From positions 216,952-280,951 of the forward strand of contig CAVYHE010000008.1 in NCBI GenBank assembly GCA_963768305.1: DNA of 64,000 nt, read 5' to 3'. The position numbers were made by a program, and so were the translations under genes. Below, one piece after another: positions 1-10,186 of this stretch. The DNA is from an uncultured bacterium. Lineage in GTDB: Bacteria; Margulisbacteria; WOR-1; CAVSGV01. The stretch's first letter is position 1. Each line of letters begins with the position of its first letter. Below the pieces are notes generated by a model. It was not told the origin of the DNA. It was given only the letters and a program-made list of their open reading frames with translations, and searched no databases.

Positions 1-10
1 TAGATATTTG

Positions 11-59
11 AACTTGCTGCCCGCCCAGGCATTAATGCCTAAGGCGGGCAGACCAAGTT
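11..59. repeat. GC-rich inverted repeat (terminator- or REP-like hairpin)
   Basis: aacttg-ctgcccgcc...ggcgggcag-ac-caagtt arms around the palindrome aggcattaatgcct. Confidence 0.5.
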
Positions 60-153
60 TTCCCTTCGGCAGTTTTCTTGATAAAGATGCAAATTTGATT
101 GACATGTTTTTCGCGTCATATCAACAATTTCTATTACAAGCAACAAGAACCAC

Positions 154-182
154 TTGACAAGATCAGGGAACATCTGTAAAAT
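154..182 (+). promoter_or_regulatory. sigma70-type promoter for dgt-dnaG
   Basis: TTGACA-N17-TAAAAT upstream of ATG 225. Confidence 0.65.
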
Positions 183-224
183 ATCTGGTTCGCGACATCA
201 TTTTATCCGCTGCCAGGGGGCTTA

Positions 225-1256
225 ATGCAGATCCGCAAAGAGATCGAAGAACGAGAAGATATTTTCCTTTCACCATACGCGGTCAGATCAAAGAACTCCA
301 AAGGCCGGGACAAAAAAGAAAAAGAAGACAGCATAAGAACGTGCTTTCAAAGGGACAGGGACAGGATACTTCATTCCAAAGCTTTCAGAAGATTAAAACA
401 CAAGACCCAGGTTTTCATTTCACCCGTAGAGGACCATTACAGGACAAGGATGACCCATACGCTGGAAGTATCCCAGATAGCAAGGACAATCGCGCGCGCG
501 CTTTGCTTGAACGAGGACCTGACGGAAGCGATAGCGCTTGGACATGACCTTGGGCACACTCCTTTCGGCCACGCCGGGGAAGATGTGCTTAATGATATTC
601 TGAAAACGCTCGATGTCGCGCCAAAAAGGTATTTTATGCATAACGAGCAGAGCGTCAGGGTGGTGGAAGTGCTTGAAAATCACGGCAAGGGCTTGAACCT
701 TACCTGGGAAGTACGCGACGGGATAATGCATCATCCGCAGAAAGACAAGCAGCTTCCTGCAACACTCGAGGGACAGATAGTTCGCTATGCCGACCATATC
801 GCATATATCAGGCATGATATCGAGGACAGCATCCTGGCGGGCGTCATAAAAAAGAAAGATCTGCCGAAAAAACACACGAAAGTGCTCGGGGAAAACATTT
901 TGGATACCATCATCCCGAATATCATCGAAAAAAGCAGAGGCAAGAACAGGATACAGATGGACAAGCATATTGAAGATGCGATGAACGGATTATATGATTT
1001 TCTTTATGAGAAGGTTTACATCAGCCCCACGGCAAAAGGAGAGGAAAAAAAGATCCCGGCCATGATAACCCAGCTGTTCAAGTATTATCACGAAAACCCG
1101 GAAAAGCTTCCCTATTACAAGAAAAAATGGACAGAGAAAGAGATAGTACAGAACATAGTTGATTTTATCGCAGGGATGACCGACAGGTACGCCACGAACA
1201 AATTCACGGAGATCTTCGTGCCCAATGAATGGCGCGCTAATACGGACATAAAATGA
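225..1256 (+). CDS. dgt: dGTP triphosphohydrolase (HD family)
   Basis: RDRDRILHSKAFRRLKHKTQV, RTRMTHTLEV, LGHDLGHTPFGHAGE motifs. Confidence 0.95.
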   Translation: MQIRKEIEEREDIFLSPYAVRSKNSKGRDKKEKEDSIRTCFQRDRDRILHSKAFRRLKHKTQVFISPVEDHYRTRMTHTLEVSQIARTIARALCLNEDLTEAIALGHDLGHTPFGHAGEDVLNDILKTLDVAPKRYFMHNEQSVRVVEVLENHGKGLNLTWEVRDGIMHHPQKDKQLPATLEGQIVRYADHIAYIRHDIEDSILAGVIKKKDLPKKHTKVLGENILDTIIPNIIEKSRGKNRIQMDKHIEDAMNGLYDFLYEKVYISPTAKGEEKKIPAMITQLFKYYHENPEKLPYYKKKWTEKEIVQNIVDFIAGMTDRYATNKFTEIFVPNEWRANTDIK

Positions 1257-3034
1257 TACCCAGCTCCACGATCGATGAAATAAGGAATAAAACCGATATC
1301 CTTCAGATTGTCGGCGAGTACGTACCGCTTAAAAAAAGAGGCAAGAACTATCTTGGGCTGTGCCCTTTTCATTCCGAAAAAACGCCTTCATTCACGGTAA
1401 GCCCCGATAAGCAGATATTCCATTGTTTCGGGTGCAACGAGGGAGGGAATGTCTTTTCATTCCTGATGAAGATGGAGAACATAAGCTTTGCGGAAGCCGT
1501 GGAACTTCTCGGAAGCAAGATCGGGATAACGGTCCAAAAGACCTCAACGCCTTCAATGACAAAGAATGACAAGGACAAGCTGATAGAAATAATGGAGCTC
1601 GCGCAAAGGTTCTACCGGGAGAATCTGGACAGCGAGGAAGGCGCCGTCGCCCGCGATTACCTGGAAAAAAGAGGGATCTCTGATGGATCCGCCAAAGCTT
1701 TCAAGCTCGGTTATTCTTCCAACAAATGGGACAGTCTACTGAACTATCTTTATAAAAGAGGCGTGGACCGGAAAGATATGGAAAAACTGGGACTGATAAT
1801 TGAAAGGGCGGACAAGAGCGGGCATTACGACAGGTTCAGGGGCAGGCTCATGTTCCCGATATCCGATCTTAAGGGGCGTGTGATCGGATTCGGCGGCAGG
1901 GTGATCCCTTCCGGTACTCCTTCCGAGGAGGAAGCGAAATACATAAATTCGCCGGACTCTCCCATTTACAATAAAGGTTATTCGCTTTACGGAATCGATG
2001 TCACAAAAGAAGAGATCAGGAGATCGAGGACCGCGATCCTGGTGGAAGGCAATGTCGATCTTGTTTCCTGCTGGCAGTACGGGATAAAGAACGTTGTCTG
2101 TCCTCTGGGCACAGGTTTCACGCCGAATCAGGCAAAGATAATGCGCAGGTTCGCCGATAATGTGATAATCGCTTTTGACCGCGACAACGCCGGCAATGCC
2201 GCCACCGCCAGGAGCGTGGATATTTTGAAAGACGAAGGCTTGAACGTGAAAGTTGCCAGATACGAGGGCGGCAAAGATCCCGATGAGGCACTTAAGGCAA
2301 AGGGCGCCGAAGCTTTCCAAAAGTCGCTGAATGAAGCGGTCTCATGGATGGAATTCATGGTAATGAATGCTATATCAAAATACAACATAAAAGAGATCGA
2401 AGGGCGCGCAAAAGCGGCGAAAGAAGCCGCCCTGATAATAGCGCAAGAAAAGGACGACTTGATACGAGGAGAATACATCAAGCTTGCCGCGAAAAAGCTG
2501 GGATTCGGCACAGAAGATATCGAGTCTGAGGTCAAACGGCTCGGGTTCTATACTGAAAAAGGCGGCACGATATCCCTTAGAAGAAGCGTGGAAAAGCCGT
2601 CATCCAAGACGGAAATAGCGGAAGAATGTCTTATCAAACTTTCGGTAAGCAATAAGGAGATCATGGACCTGTTTAAAAAGTCATTAACCTGGCAGGAATT
2701 CACCGGGAAAAACACGAGAACGATCGCGGAGTTCCTTCAGGCAGCTGAAATTGATGCGGGGGATCCGTCACATTTCATCCTTGAAAATCTTCCGGACGAA
2801 GATTCAAAAAAATTATTTTCAAGGATAATGGTTAGCGATATTCCCGCGGACAATGTGCAAAAAACAGCGCGGGACTGCATTAACACGATAAAGATATTCC
2901 ACCTGAAATCAAGGATGGATGGCATAAGGAAAGAGATGGCGGTCGCTGAAAAAGAGGGCAAATTGCAGGATGTTTCCAGCCTGCACAGGGAATTCGCGAA
3001 TTTGAACGAAAATTACAGGTCTCTGCAAAATTAA
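1253..3034 (+). CDS. dnaG: DNA primase
   Basis: CHC2 zinc finger (CPFH...HCFGC), KYINSPDS, Toprim EG..D and DxD, KDPD. Confidence 0.97.
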   Translation: MIPSSTIDEIRNKTDILQIVGEYVPLKKRGKNYLGLCPFHSEKTPSFTVSPDKQIFHCFGCNEGGNVFSFLMKMENISFAEAVELLGSKIGITVQKTSTPSMTKNDKDKLIEIMELAQRFYRENLDSEEGAVARDYLEKRGISDGSAKAFKLGYSSNKWDSLLNYLYKRGVDRKDMEKLGLIIERADKSGHYDRFRGRLMFPISDLKGRVIGFGGRVIPSGTPSEEEAKYINSPDSPIYNKGYSLYGIDVTKEEIRRSRTAILVEGNVDLVSCWQYGIKNVVCPLGTGFTPNQAKIMRRFADNVIIAFDRDNAGNAATARSVDILKDEGLNVKVARYEGGKDPDEALKAKGAEAFQKSLNEAVSWMEFMVMNAISKYNIKEIEGRAKAAKEAALIIAQEKDDLIRGEYIKLAAKKLGFGTEDIESEVKRLGFYTEKGGTISLRRSVEKPSSKTEIAEECLIKLSVSNKEIMDLFKKSLTWQEFTGKNTRTIAEFLQAAEIDAGDPSHFILENLPDEDSKKLFSRIMVSDIPADNVQKTARDCINTIKIFHLKSRMDGIRKEMAVAEKEGKLQDVSSLHREFANLNENYRSLQN

Positions 3035-3035
3035 G

Positions 3036-3063
3036 TGAAATTTCGAGCGATTTATCACGATAA
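3036..3063 (+). promoter_or_regulatory. sigma28-like promoter motif upstream of rpoD
   Basis: TGAAA-N17-CGATAA, followed by AAAGGAG SD and ATG 3086. Confidence 0.6.
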
Positions 3064-3085
3064 TACATAAGTAAAGGAGATAAAA

Positions 3086-4140
3086 ATGAAAGAAGGAACG
3101 AATTTAAAGACGTTGAAGAATGCCGGCGAGAAGAAGGGATATCTTACTCCGGAAGAGATAATGTCCATTTATCCGGAGCCGGAGAAGAACATTGCCGAGA
3201 TAGAGGAGCTTCTGACGCACGGCATAGAAATATCCGAGAACAAAGATAAGAAGATAGCGCCTTCTCCGGAAGAAACGAATCTTGACGTCACCGAAACAGA
3301 AGTAAAGAGCGCCGGCATAGACGATACCGTCAGGATGTACCTGAGGGAGATAGGGAAATACAAGCTTCTTTCCCCCACGGACGAGATAGACTGCGCAAGG
3401 AAAGTTCGCGCTGGAAGCCTGAAGGACAAGCACAGGCTTACGAATTCGAACCTGAGGCTGGTCGTTTCAATCGCGAAAAAATATACGGGCCGCGGGATGC
3501 TTTTCCTTGACCTGATACAGGAAGGCAACCTGGGATTGATAAGGGCTGTGGAAAAATTCGACCACAGGAAAGGGTATAAATTCAGTACTTACGCCACGTG
3601 GTGGGTAAGACAAGCAATAACGCGTTCTATAGCCGACCAGGCGCGAACCATCAGGATCCCCGTTCACATGGTGGAAACCATGAACCGCCTGAGGAAGGTT
3701 TCGCGAACGCTCCTGCAGCAGCTGGGAAGGCGTCCCACCGAGGAAGAAATAGCGAAAAGGTCCAGGATGTCGGTGGACAAAGTACGGGAGATAATAAAGA
3801 TCTCGCAGATACCGCTTTCGCTTGAAATGCCTGTCGGTGACGAGGATTCTTCGCGCCTTGGCGATTTTGTGAAAGACACCGCCGTTCAGGCGCCGGATGA
3901 AGTGGTCCTTCATGGGCTATTAAGGGAAGACCTTGAGGAAGTAATGTCATCGCTTTCTGACAGGGAAAAGACCGTGCTTAAGCTAAGGTTTGGCCTTGAT
4001 GACGGCCAGCCGAGGACCTTGAAGAAGTTGGAAAAGTTTTCAATGTCACCCGCGAGAGGATACGTCAGATAGAAGCGAAAGCCTTGAGGAAATTAAGGCA
4101 TCCTACCCGCAGCAAAAAACTTAAGGAATATCTTAGATAA
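3086..4140 (+). CDS. rpoD: primary sigma factor RpoD/SigA (one frameshift near 4018)
   Basis: [35 protein letters not shown]; region 4 [28 protein letters not shown] continues in another frame to TAA 4140; follows dnaG. Confidence 0.93.
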
Positions 4141-4146
4141 AGAGTT

Positions 4147-4989
4147 CTATTTTCTCTTGATGAGCATTACCTGATACGTAAGGTATTTCCTGAAAACATC
4201 CTTCTTTAGCGGAACCAGATTATTCACGATGATCTGCCTTATCGGTTTGCCTTTTACCCTGAACTTGAGGAACAGGTTAATTAGCCAGTAAACCGGCGGA
4301 AGATGCACCTGCATGGTCGTCAAAATACAGCTAAGTACCGGCCTGATATAATTAAGATAAACATTGCTGCCGTATTCAAGTGTCGGAAGGATGCCCTCGG
4401 TTATATCCTGTTTGCTTATGATCTTGAAGCCGGCCTTGTCAATTTCCTTGAGATAATCTTTCAGGCTGCCCGAAGGTAAATTTGGCACACCTTTCGCGGT
4501 TTCTTTCTTGAAATAATCAGATATCAGGAGGCGGCCAGCTGGCCGCAGAAGCGACGAGATCTTTTTCAGCCCTTCAGCGAACGGGATGTATTGCACGGAT
4601 TCGCTCATTAATATGAGATCAAACCTCTGGTCGGTGTCGAATTTTTCCAGCGTGGTCAGCTTGAATCCGGCCTTGCCTTTCGTATTCTTCCGGAAAAGCT
4701 GGCCCTGATAAGGGTCCGGGCATATGCCTGTTACTTGGTAGCCGAGGCTTGATAATTTCGCCGCATTCCCCCCTACTCCGCAGCCAACGTCAAGTATGGT
4801 ATTTACGCCTCTTGGTATCGTCTTTATCAGATTTTTAAGATATCTTTCCTGAGCGGCCTGGAAATTTTCAAGCGTCAGCTTATCGCCCTTTTTCCACAGG
4901 CCGAAATGGAGATAATTTGTTTTTGAAAGATCAAGATAAAGCTTGAGTACCGGCTGAATTCTGACCTTTGTTTTTTCGATCTCCTGCAT
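4147..4989 (-). CDS. class I SAM-dependent methyltransferase
   Basis: YLHFGLW, ILDVGCGVGG motif I, LRPAGRLLISD. Confidence 0.85.
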   Translation of the reverse strand: MQEIEKTKVRIQPVLKLYLDLSKTNYLHFGLWKKGDKLTLENFQAAQERYLKNLIKTIPRGVNTILDVGCGVGGNAAKLSSLGYQVTGICPDPYQGQLFRKNTKGKAGFKLTTLEKFDTDQRFDLILMSESVQYIPFAEGLKKISSLLRPAGRLLISDYFKKETAKGVPNLPSGSLKDYLKEIDKAGFKIISKQDITEGILPTLEYGSNVYLNYIRPVLSCILTTMQVHLPPVYWLINLFLKFRVKGKPIRQIIVNNLVPLKKDVFRKYLTYQVMLIKRK

Positions 4990-5087
4990 TATCGGGTAAT
5001 TTTATCAAATTTGGCATGCATTCGCAATGAACCTGCCGCCGATACCTTGAAATATCTTGATTTTCTGATAAACTGATATTTAGAAAT

Positions 5088-5159
5088 GGCCCCATCGTCT
5101 AACGGTTAGGACATCAGCTTTTCAAGCTGACGATCGGGGTTCGATTCCCCGTGGGGCTA
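5088..5159 (+). tRNA. tRNA-Glu(TTC)
   Basis: cloverleaf GGCCCCA...TGGGGCTA; anticodon arm tcagc-tt-TTC-aa-gctga; GGTTCGATTC T loop. Confidence 0.93.
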
Positions 5160-5164
5160 TTTAA

Positions 5165-5252
5165 TTTAGGGGAGCTTCTTGGAATGAGGCTGAGAACTTC
5201 GATTTAATCGGAGGACCCGACAACTTGATCAGGATAATGCCTGCGAAAGGAG
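5165..5252 (+). ncRNA. TPP riboswitch
   Basis: GGGGAGC...GGCTGAGA...GACCC...AACTTGATCAGGATAATGCCTGCGAAAGG matches THI-box conserved blocks; ends over the SD of the next gene. Confidence 0.85.
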
Positions 5253-5258
5253 ACAAAA

Positions 5259-6300
5259 GTGAAAAAAGAAAACCTGCCCGAACTTGGAAAGATACCTCCC
5301 GAATTTTTCGACCGCGTCATTTATCCACGGTTAGGCGCAAAAAATAAGAACATCATGATCGGTCCGAGACATGGGGTCGATTACGGAGTATTAAAGGTCG
5401 GCTCAAAGTACATGGCGATGTCCACCGATCCATTCTTCATAGTCCCGCAATTAGGCTTTATGAAAGCCGCGTGGTTCGCTTTTCATATTATATGCAGCGA
5501 TGTCGCCGTATCGGGGCTGAAACCTGAATATCTGGCGATCGATCTTAATCTGCCGCCCGAAATGACAGAAGCTCAGCTGGAAGAGATGTGGGAGACCGTG
5601 CACGAAGAATCAAAAAAGTACGACATTAGCATAATCACCGGTCATACCGCGCGATATACCGGATGTAATTATCCGATGGTCGGAGGAGCGACGGCGATAG
5701 CTATCGGCACAAAGAAAGAATTGCGCGGCCCTTTCAGGGTAAGGACCGGCGACCGGATAGTCATTACAAAAGGGCCGGCAATAGAAACGACCGGACTTTT
5801 AGCCGTCTTATTTCCCGACAGGTTCATCAGGGCAGGCGGAAAAGCTTTTCAGAAAGAAGCCGCTGGCGTTTTTGATCAGATGTCAGTGATGGATGATTGC
5901 GCGATAGCACGTGGATTGGAAGGGGTTCGAGTGATGCACGACGCGACCGAATGCGGCATATGGGGCGGGCTTTATGAAATGGCAAGAGCCGGAAATTACG
6001 GTCTGATGATAGAAGAAGAGCTGATCCCTATTCAGCCGGTGATCAAGAAAACAGCTGAACTGTTCGATTTTGACCCGTTCTGCGCAATAAGCGAGGGGAC
6101 TTTACTGGCTATAGTTGATAAAAAAGAAACGGACAAGTTAATCTCAGCGTTCAGGAAAAATAGAATCTTAAGCGCGGTCGTCGGCGAAGTTGTCGAAAGT
6201 AAAAAAGGGATAAAGATCAAGAACTGACAATGGAGAAAGAACGCTGGAACATCCTAAAACGGACCCTTACTGGAAATTGGCGGCGGAATTCTCGAAGTAA
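5259..6300 (+). CDS. AIR synthase/ThiL/HypE-superfamily protein (frameshift near 6221)
   Basis: GVDYG, STDPF, SDVAVSG, GHT, MHDATECG, ISEGTLL; C-terminus LEHPKTDPYWKLAAEFSK* in another frame. Confidence 0.85.
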
Positions 6301-6303
6301 TAT

Positions 6304-7155
6304 CTACAGTTTCGGTTGAGCGGGTTTCTTTAAATTTTTGTCTATCTTAAGCTTCATCCCTATTTTCAGGCTGTAATCGGTAAGCCCGTTCATTTCAGCG
6401 ATCTCCTTGTAATAGGAAGCCGAACCGTTAAAATATTTCCTTGAAATGCTCATAAGCGTGTCTCCGGCCGCCACAGTGTGATAGACAATGGCGCTTTCTT
6501 TGGGCGTTTCAGCTGATGCAACCGCCGGCATTCCGCTTTTCTTTATGCTCAAGTCGATCTTCAATCTTGTCCCCTGCGGAACATAGCCGACGTTCTTTAT
6601 ATTGTTCAGTTTCGCTATTTCCATGTAATAGTCGGGGCTTCCATAATACTTGGTTGAAATGCTGGCCAGCGTATCTCCCATCTCCACATCATGATAAACG
6701 ATGTTGGATTCCGCCGTCGCTTGCGGGCTTGACGGCTGAAGATCCGGGTATTTCTCTCTGATATCCGCGATCTTTTTCAGCACCGCATTTTCCTGGGCGG
6801 ATGCCCCGCCCTCCAACGTTTTTAATTGCGAAGCCTTTTTCCCGTCCCTTGCCGCTTTTGCCTTCATGATCTTTTTGTTCAAATATTCGAGATAGTTATC
6901 CAGCTTTTCGCGCTCGTTTTCAAGTGAATTGAGCTCTGTCTGGGCTTTTTCAAGATCCGCAGCCGCTGTTTCTTGCGAAGACAAGGCATTGGGCATAACT
7001 TCGACTGAAGACGCATGGGGAATGACTTCAACTTCGGGAGTGGCAACTGTTGGCTGCGGCTCTTCCTCTATCGCGGGACCGCCCATCGCGAACGCAGCGG
7101 GTGAAACCAAAACAACCGATAGCAGTATTAGGGCAAATATGGCGCTTTGTTTCAT
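6304..7155 (-). CDS. exported protein with coiled coil and two LysM domains
   Basis: signal peptide; two YHxVxxGDTLxSISxKY...IAxxN repeats. Confidence 0.85.
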   Translation of the reverse strand: MKQSAIFALILLSVVLVSPAAFAMGGPAIEEEPQPTVATPEVEVIPHASSVEVMPNALSSQETAAADLEKAQTELNSLENEREKLDNYLEYLNKKIMKAKAARDGKKASQLKTLEGGASAQENAVLKKIADIREKYPDLQPSSPQATAESNIVYHDVEMGDTLASISTKYYGSPDYYMEIAKLNNIKNVGYVPQGTRLKIDLSIKKSGMPAVASAETPKESAIVYHTVAAGDTLMSISRKYFNGSASYYKEIAEMNGLTDYSLKIGMKLKIDKNLKKPAQPKL

Positions 7156-7201
7156 ATCGGTGCGGATTCTAGCACACTATATTTATCAAGTAAACATAGT
7201 C

Positions 7202-7226
7202 AATGAGAAAACTCGGGACGAGAGAA
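7202..7226 (-). repeat. degenerate tandem copy of the tRNA-Pro 3' end and flank
   Basis: aatgagaaaactcgggacgagag repeated as aatgagaaaactcggggcgagag 25 nt later. Confidence 0.7.
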
Positions 7227-7237
7227 AATGAGAAAAC

Positions 7238-7311
<74 letters not shown>

Positions 7312-7326
7312 GCCACATGAATTAAC

Positions 7327-7398
7327 TGGGCGCCGTTGGGATCGAACCAACGACCTCCTCGGTGTAAGCGAGGCATTCTACCACTGAACTAGGCGCCC
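7327..7398 (-). tRNA. tRNA-Val(TAC)
   Basis: anticodon arm CCTCG-CT-TAC-AC-CGAGG; full cloverleaf. Confidence 0.93.
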
Positions 7399-7400
7399 AC

Positions 7401-7472
7401 TGGGCGCGAGAGGGATTGAACCTCTGACTTCTTGCGTGTGAAGCAAGCGTTCTACCACTGAACTACGCGCCC
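7401..7472 (-). tRNA. tRNA-Val(CAC)
   Basis: anticodon arm CTTGC-TT-CAC-AC-GCAAG; full cloverleaf. Confidence 0.93.
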
Positions 7473-7555
7473 GCAGCTTTCTATTTTACTCCGCCGACGG
7501 CAGGACAGGCAAGGTCTTTTCAAGAAGAATGGATTCTGGTATAATCCGCATCTGA

Positions 7556-7996
7556 ATGATTATGACAAATATCATGCCCTATATTAACAACTTGCTTTTC
7601 ATTTTTAATGGTTTTATTGATAAATTGCTCTATATAAGCAATAACTCCGATAAGGTCATTGTCGCGATAATTTTTGCGGCGATCGTCGTTCTTGCATTGA
7701 TATTTTATGTCATCATTTTCATGATAAATGATTATTCTTCCACAAAAAAATCGGAAAAGAAAGCGCCGAGCACTCACCAGCTGCTGGTGGACCTTCAACA
7801 TGAGATGCTTAAGGAATTGAAAGGCACCTCCAGGCAGAACGCGATAATGATAGAGCTGACCGTCCTGTTCATATTGGTCTCGATCTTTGGTATCATAATC
7901 GGAATAGAAGGGCCGCAGAAAAGCATGGCAATGCTAAGGCAGGCCGGCTCTTACCTTAGCTTATTGATCAGTAATGTCATGCACGGATACAGATAA
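7556..7996 (+). CDS. hypothetical membrane protein (2-3 TM)
   Basis: ORF with hydrophobic helices; TGGTATAAT 10 nt upstream of ATG. Confidence 0.65.
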   Translation: MIMTNIMPYINNLLFIFNGFIDKLLYISNNSDKVIVAIIFAAIVVLALIFYVIIFMINDYSSTKKSEKKAPSTHQLLVDLQHEMLKELKGTSRQNAIMIELTVLFILVSIFGIIIGIEGPQKSMAMLRQAGSYLSLLISNVMHGYR

Positions 7997-8006
7997 GGGG
8001 GTTTTT

Positions 8007-8183
8007 ATGGGTGAAAAAAAAGAAACGTTCGAAGAGCTCATGAACAAGGTGGAGGAATTCGAGAAAACGGTCTCGGGGCTTCTGGAGAATATCAGGAAAT
8101 TCAAGTCCAAGCTCTTAGACAATAAAAAGCGTTACGGGCCTGACACTTCTAAGTGGCCAGTCAACGAAGAGATCCAAAAATAA
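8007..8183 (+). CDS. small hypothetical coiled-coil protein
   Basis: AAGGGGG SD before ATG 8007; MGEKKETFEELMNKVEEFEK. Confidence 0.6.
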   Translation: MGEKKETFEELMNKVEEFEKTVSGLLENIRKFKSKLLDNKKRYGPDTSKWPVNEEIQK

Positions 8184-8204
8184 CTGATCCGGATCCGGGA
8201 TTTC

Positions 8205-8276
<72 letters not shown>

Positions 8277-8285
8277 TGATTAAAA

Positions 8286-8615
8286 ATGAAACAAAAGCTC
8301 TATAAACTGGTCGTCTATGTCCCCCAAACCCACATTGAACAGGTAAGGATAGCCGTATCGAATTCCGGCGGAGGGATCATCGGAAAATACGACAGCTGCT
8401 CTTTTATGACAAGCGGGATCGGTACCTACAGGCCGCTTAATGGTGCCAAGCCGTTCAAGGGAGAGATAGGAAAACTGGAAAGGGTCGGCGAAGCAAGGCT
8501 GGAGATCACCATCGCGAAAAACAAATTGAAGAAAGCCATATCAGCGATGAAAAAGGTGCACCCTTATGAGGAACCGGCTTATGATGTTTACGAACTAGCC
8601 GGTGAAAACCCTTAA
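8286..8615 (+). CDS. NIF3/YqfO-like PII-fold protein
   Basis: YKLVVYVP, GKYDSCSF, VHPYEEPAYDV. Confidence 0.85.
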   Translation: MKQKLYKLVVYVPQTHIEQVRIAVSNSGGGIIGKYDSCSFMTSGIGTYRPLNGAKPFKGEIGKLERVGEARLEITIAKNKLKKAISAMKKVHPYEEPAYDVYELAGENP

Positions 8616-9362
8616 TTTCCCCGTCTTCGGGTTCTTCCTTACCTCAAGATTCATCTTAAAGACATGCTTCAGGTTCTCGGCCGTAAGGACGGCATCCGGC
8701 TTTCCGAAAGCCACGACCTCGCCTTTATTGATAAGCATAAGCTTTCTGGAGAACCTGGCCGCAAGATTAAGATCGTGGAATGTCGCTATCAGCAGTTTGT
8801 CCACTCTTAAGTGCCTCAGCATCCTCAATACCTTCACCTGGAAACGGAAATCCAGATGCGATGTGGGTTCGTCCAGGAGCAGTATCTTCGGCTCCTGCGC
8901 CAGCGCTCTTGCAATGGCCACCCTCTGGAATTCGCCGCCCGAAAGGCTCGTTACCGGAGTGTTGATGAGATTCTCCACCTTAAGGTCAATTGCGGCCTGA
9001 CCCGCGACCTTGAAATCTTTCTCTGACTCAAAAGAGAACCTGCCGATGTACGGCGTCCTGCCCAGAAGCACCGTTTCTTCCACGGTGAAACCGGATGCCG
9101 GGACCATAAGCTGGGGAACAAAAGCTATGCGTTTTGCTATCTCGTTCCTGTCTATCTTGCGTATGTCCTTCCCTCGCAGCTTGACCTGCCCGTTGCTTAT
9201 AATGATAAGTCCGGCAATCGCCCTTAATAAGGTTGTTTTTCCGCAGCCGTTGGGACCGATGATGCCGATGAAGTCCCCTATGTCCGCGTCGAAATTGATG
9301 TTCTTCACGACAACATTGTTCTCATAACCTGCGTCCAGAGCCTCCACTTTCAGCATTTCCAT
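8595..9362 (-). CDS. iron-chelate/cobalamin ABC transporter ATPase
   Basis: GPNGCGKT, LSGGEFQRV, LLLDEPTSHLD, HDLNLA. Confidence 0.92.
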   Translation of the reverse strand: MEMLKVEALDAGYENNVVVKNINFDADIGDFIGIIGPNGCGKTTLLRAIAGLIIISNGQVKLRGKDIRKIDRNEIAKRIAFVPQLMVPASGFTVEETVLLGRTPYIGRFSFESEKDFKVAGQAAIDLKVENLINTPVTSLSGGEFQRVAIARALAQEPKILLLDEPTSHLDFRFQVKVLRMLRHLRVDKLLIATFHDLNLAARFSRKLMLINKGEVVAFGKPDAVLTAENLKHVFKMNLEVRKNPKTGKLRVFTG

Positions 9363-10186
9363 TATAATCCCAACCTCCTTCTATGGAGCGCATTAACGAA
9401 GAACGGCAAGCTCAAGGCAACCATCATTATCCCCAGGGGGAACTCGGTCGTGAATATTATCCTTGAGAAAATATCCATCAGAATGACCAGCGATGCGGTG
9501 GCAAGCATTGAGACAGGTATCATGTATTTGTAATTGACGCCGGCGACAAGGCGGATGAAATACGGGAATATGAGCCCGGCCAGGCACATAAGCCCGCACG
9601 TGTAAGCTGCCGCCACCGAAATGAGGACTGTAATAATGAGGAGGAATGCGCGGACCTTACTTACTTCTATACCCAGCGTTCTTGCGGTGTAGACGCCGAA
9701 AGAAAGTGCGTTCATATCTTTGTAATAGAATACATATACTATAAGCCCCAGAATAGTGAAAATGGACGCGACCAAAACCTTATCCCACGTCGTTCCCGCA
9801 AGCGTTCCCAGGAACCAGGGATAGAACGAATGGACGTTCATCCCGATGATTATCATAATCGTGAATATGACCGCGGCCACAAAATCGATCATGTAAAGGG
9901 TTTTAACGGTGAACCTGTCGATGACCCTGGTCCCGAAAATTCCCAACAATATCGAACCTGCGAGCGCAAGCAATCCACCGGACAGGATCTCCAGTATCAA
10001 ACGGGGCATCCTTTCCTGCCAGATGACGTTTGATATGTCAGGGTTTGCCGCCGGGGAGAACACGGATAAGAAGACTTTTGAAGCAGGTATCCTGGGAAGC
10101 CCCATTAAAAGGGAAAGAAAGCCAATCATCGCGATGACAATAAGAAGAAAAATAATGAACGGGACCCTGTGCTTAAGTCGGTTCAA
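9362..10186 (-). CDS. FecCD/BtuC-family ABC permease
   Basis: RMPR, ARTLGI, GLIFPYFIR, FPLG; multiple TM helices; operon context. Confidence 0.8.
   Translation of the reverse strand: MNRLKHRVPFIIFLLIVIAMIGFLSLLMGLPRIPASKVFLSVFSPAANPDISNVIWQERMPRLILEILSGGLLALAGSILLGIFGTRVIDRFTVKTLYMIDFVAAVIFTIMIIIGMNVHSFYPWFLGTLAGTTWDKVLVASIFTILGLIVYVFYYKDMNALSFGVYTARTLGIEVSKVRAFLLIITVLISVAAAYTCGLMCLAGLIFPYFIRLVAGVNYKYMIPVSMLATASLVILMDIFSRIIFTTEFPLGIMMVALSLPFFVNALHRRRLGL

Noticed and set aside
4010..4030. Programmed frameshift in rpoD (also lysC, rsmI, mazG)
   Set aside because: No consistent slippery site; indels are widespread and best explained as sequencing error.
4990..5020. CGATAA before the methyltransferase as another sigma28-like site
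   Set aside because: No TGAAA at the 17-nt spacing; better explained by an extended -10 box.
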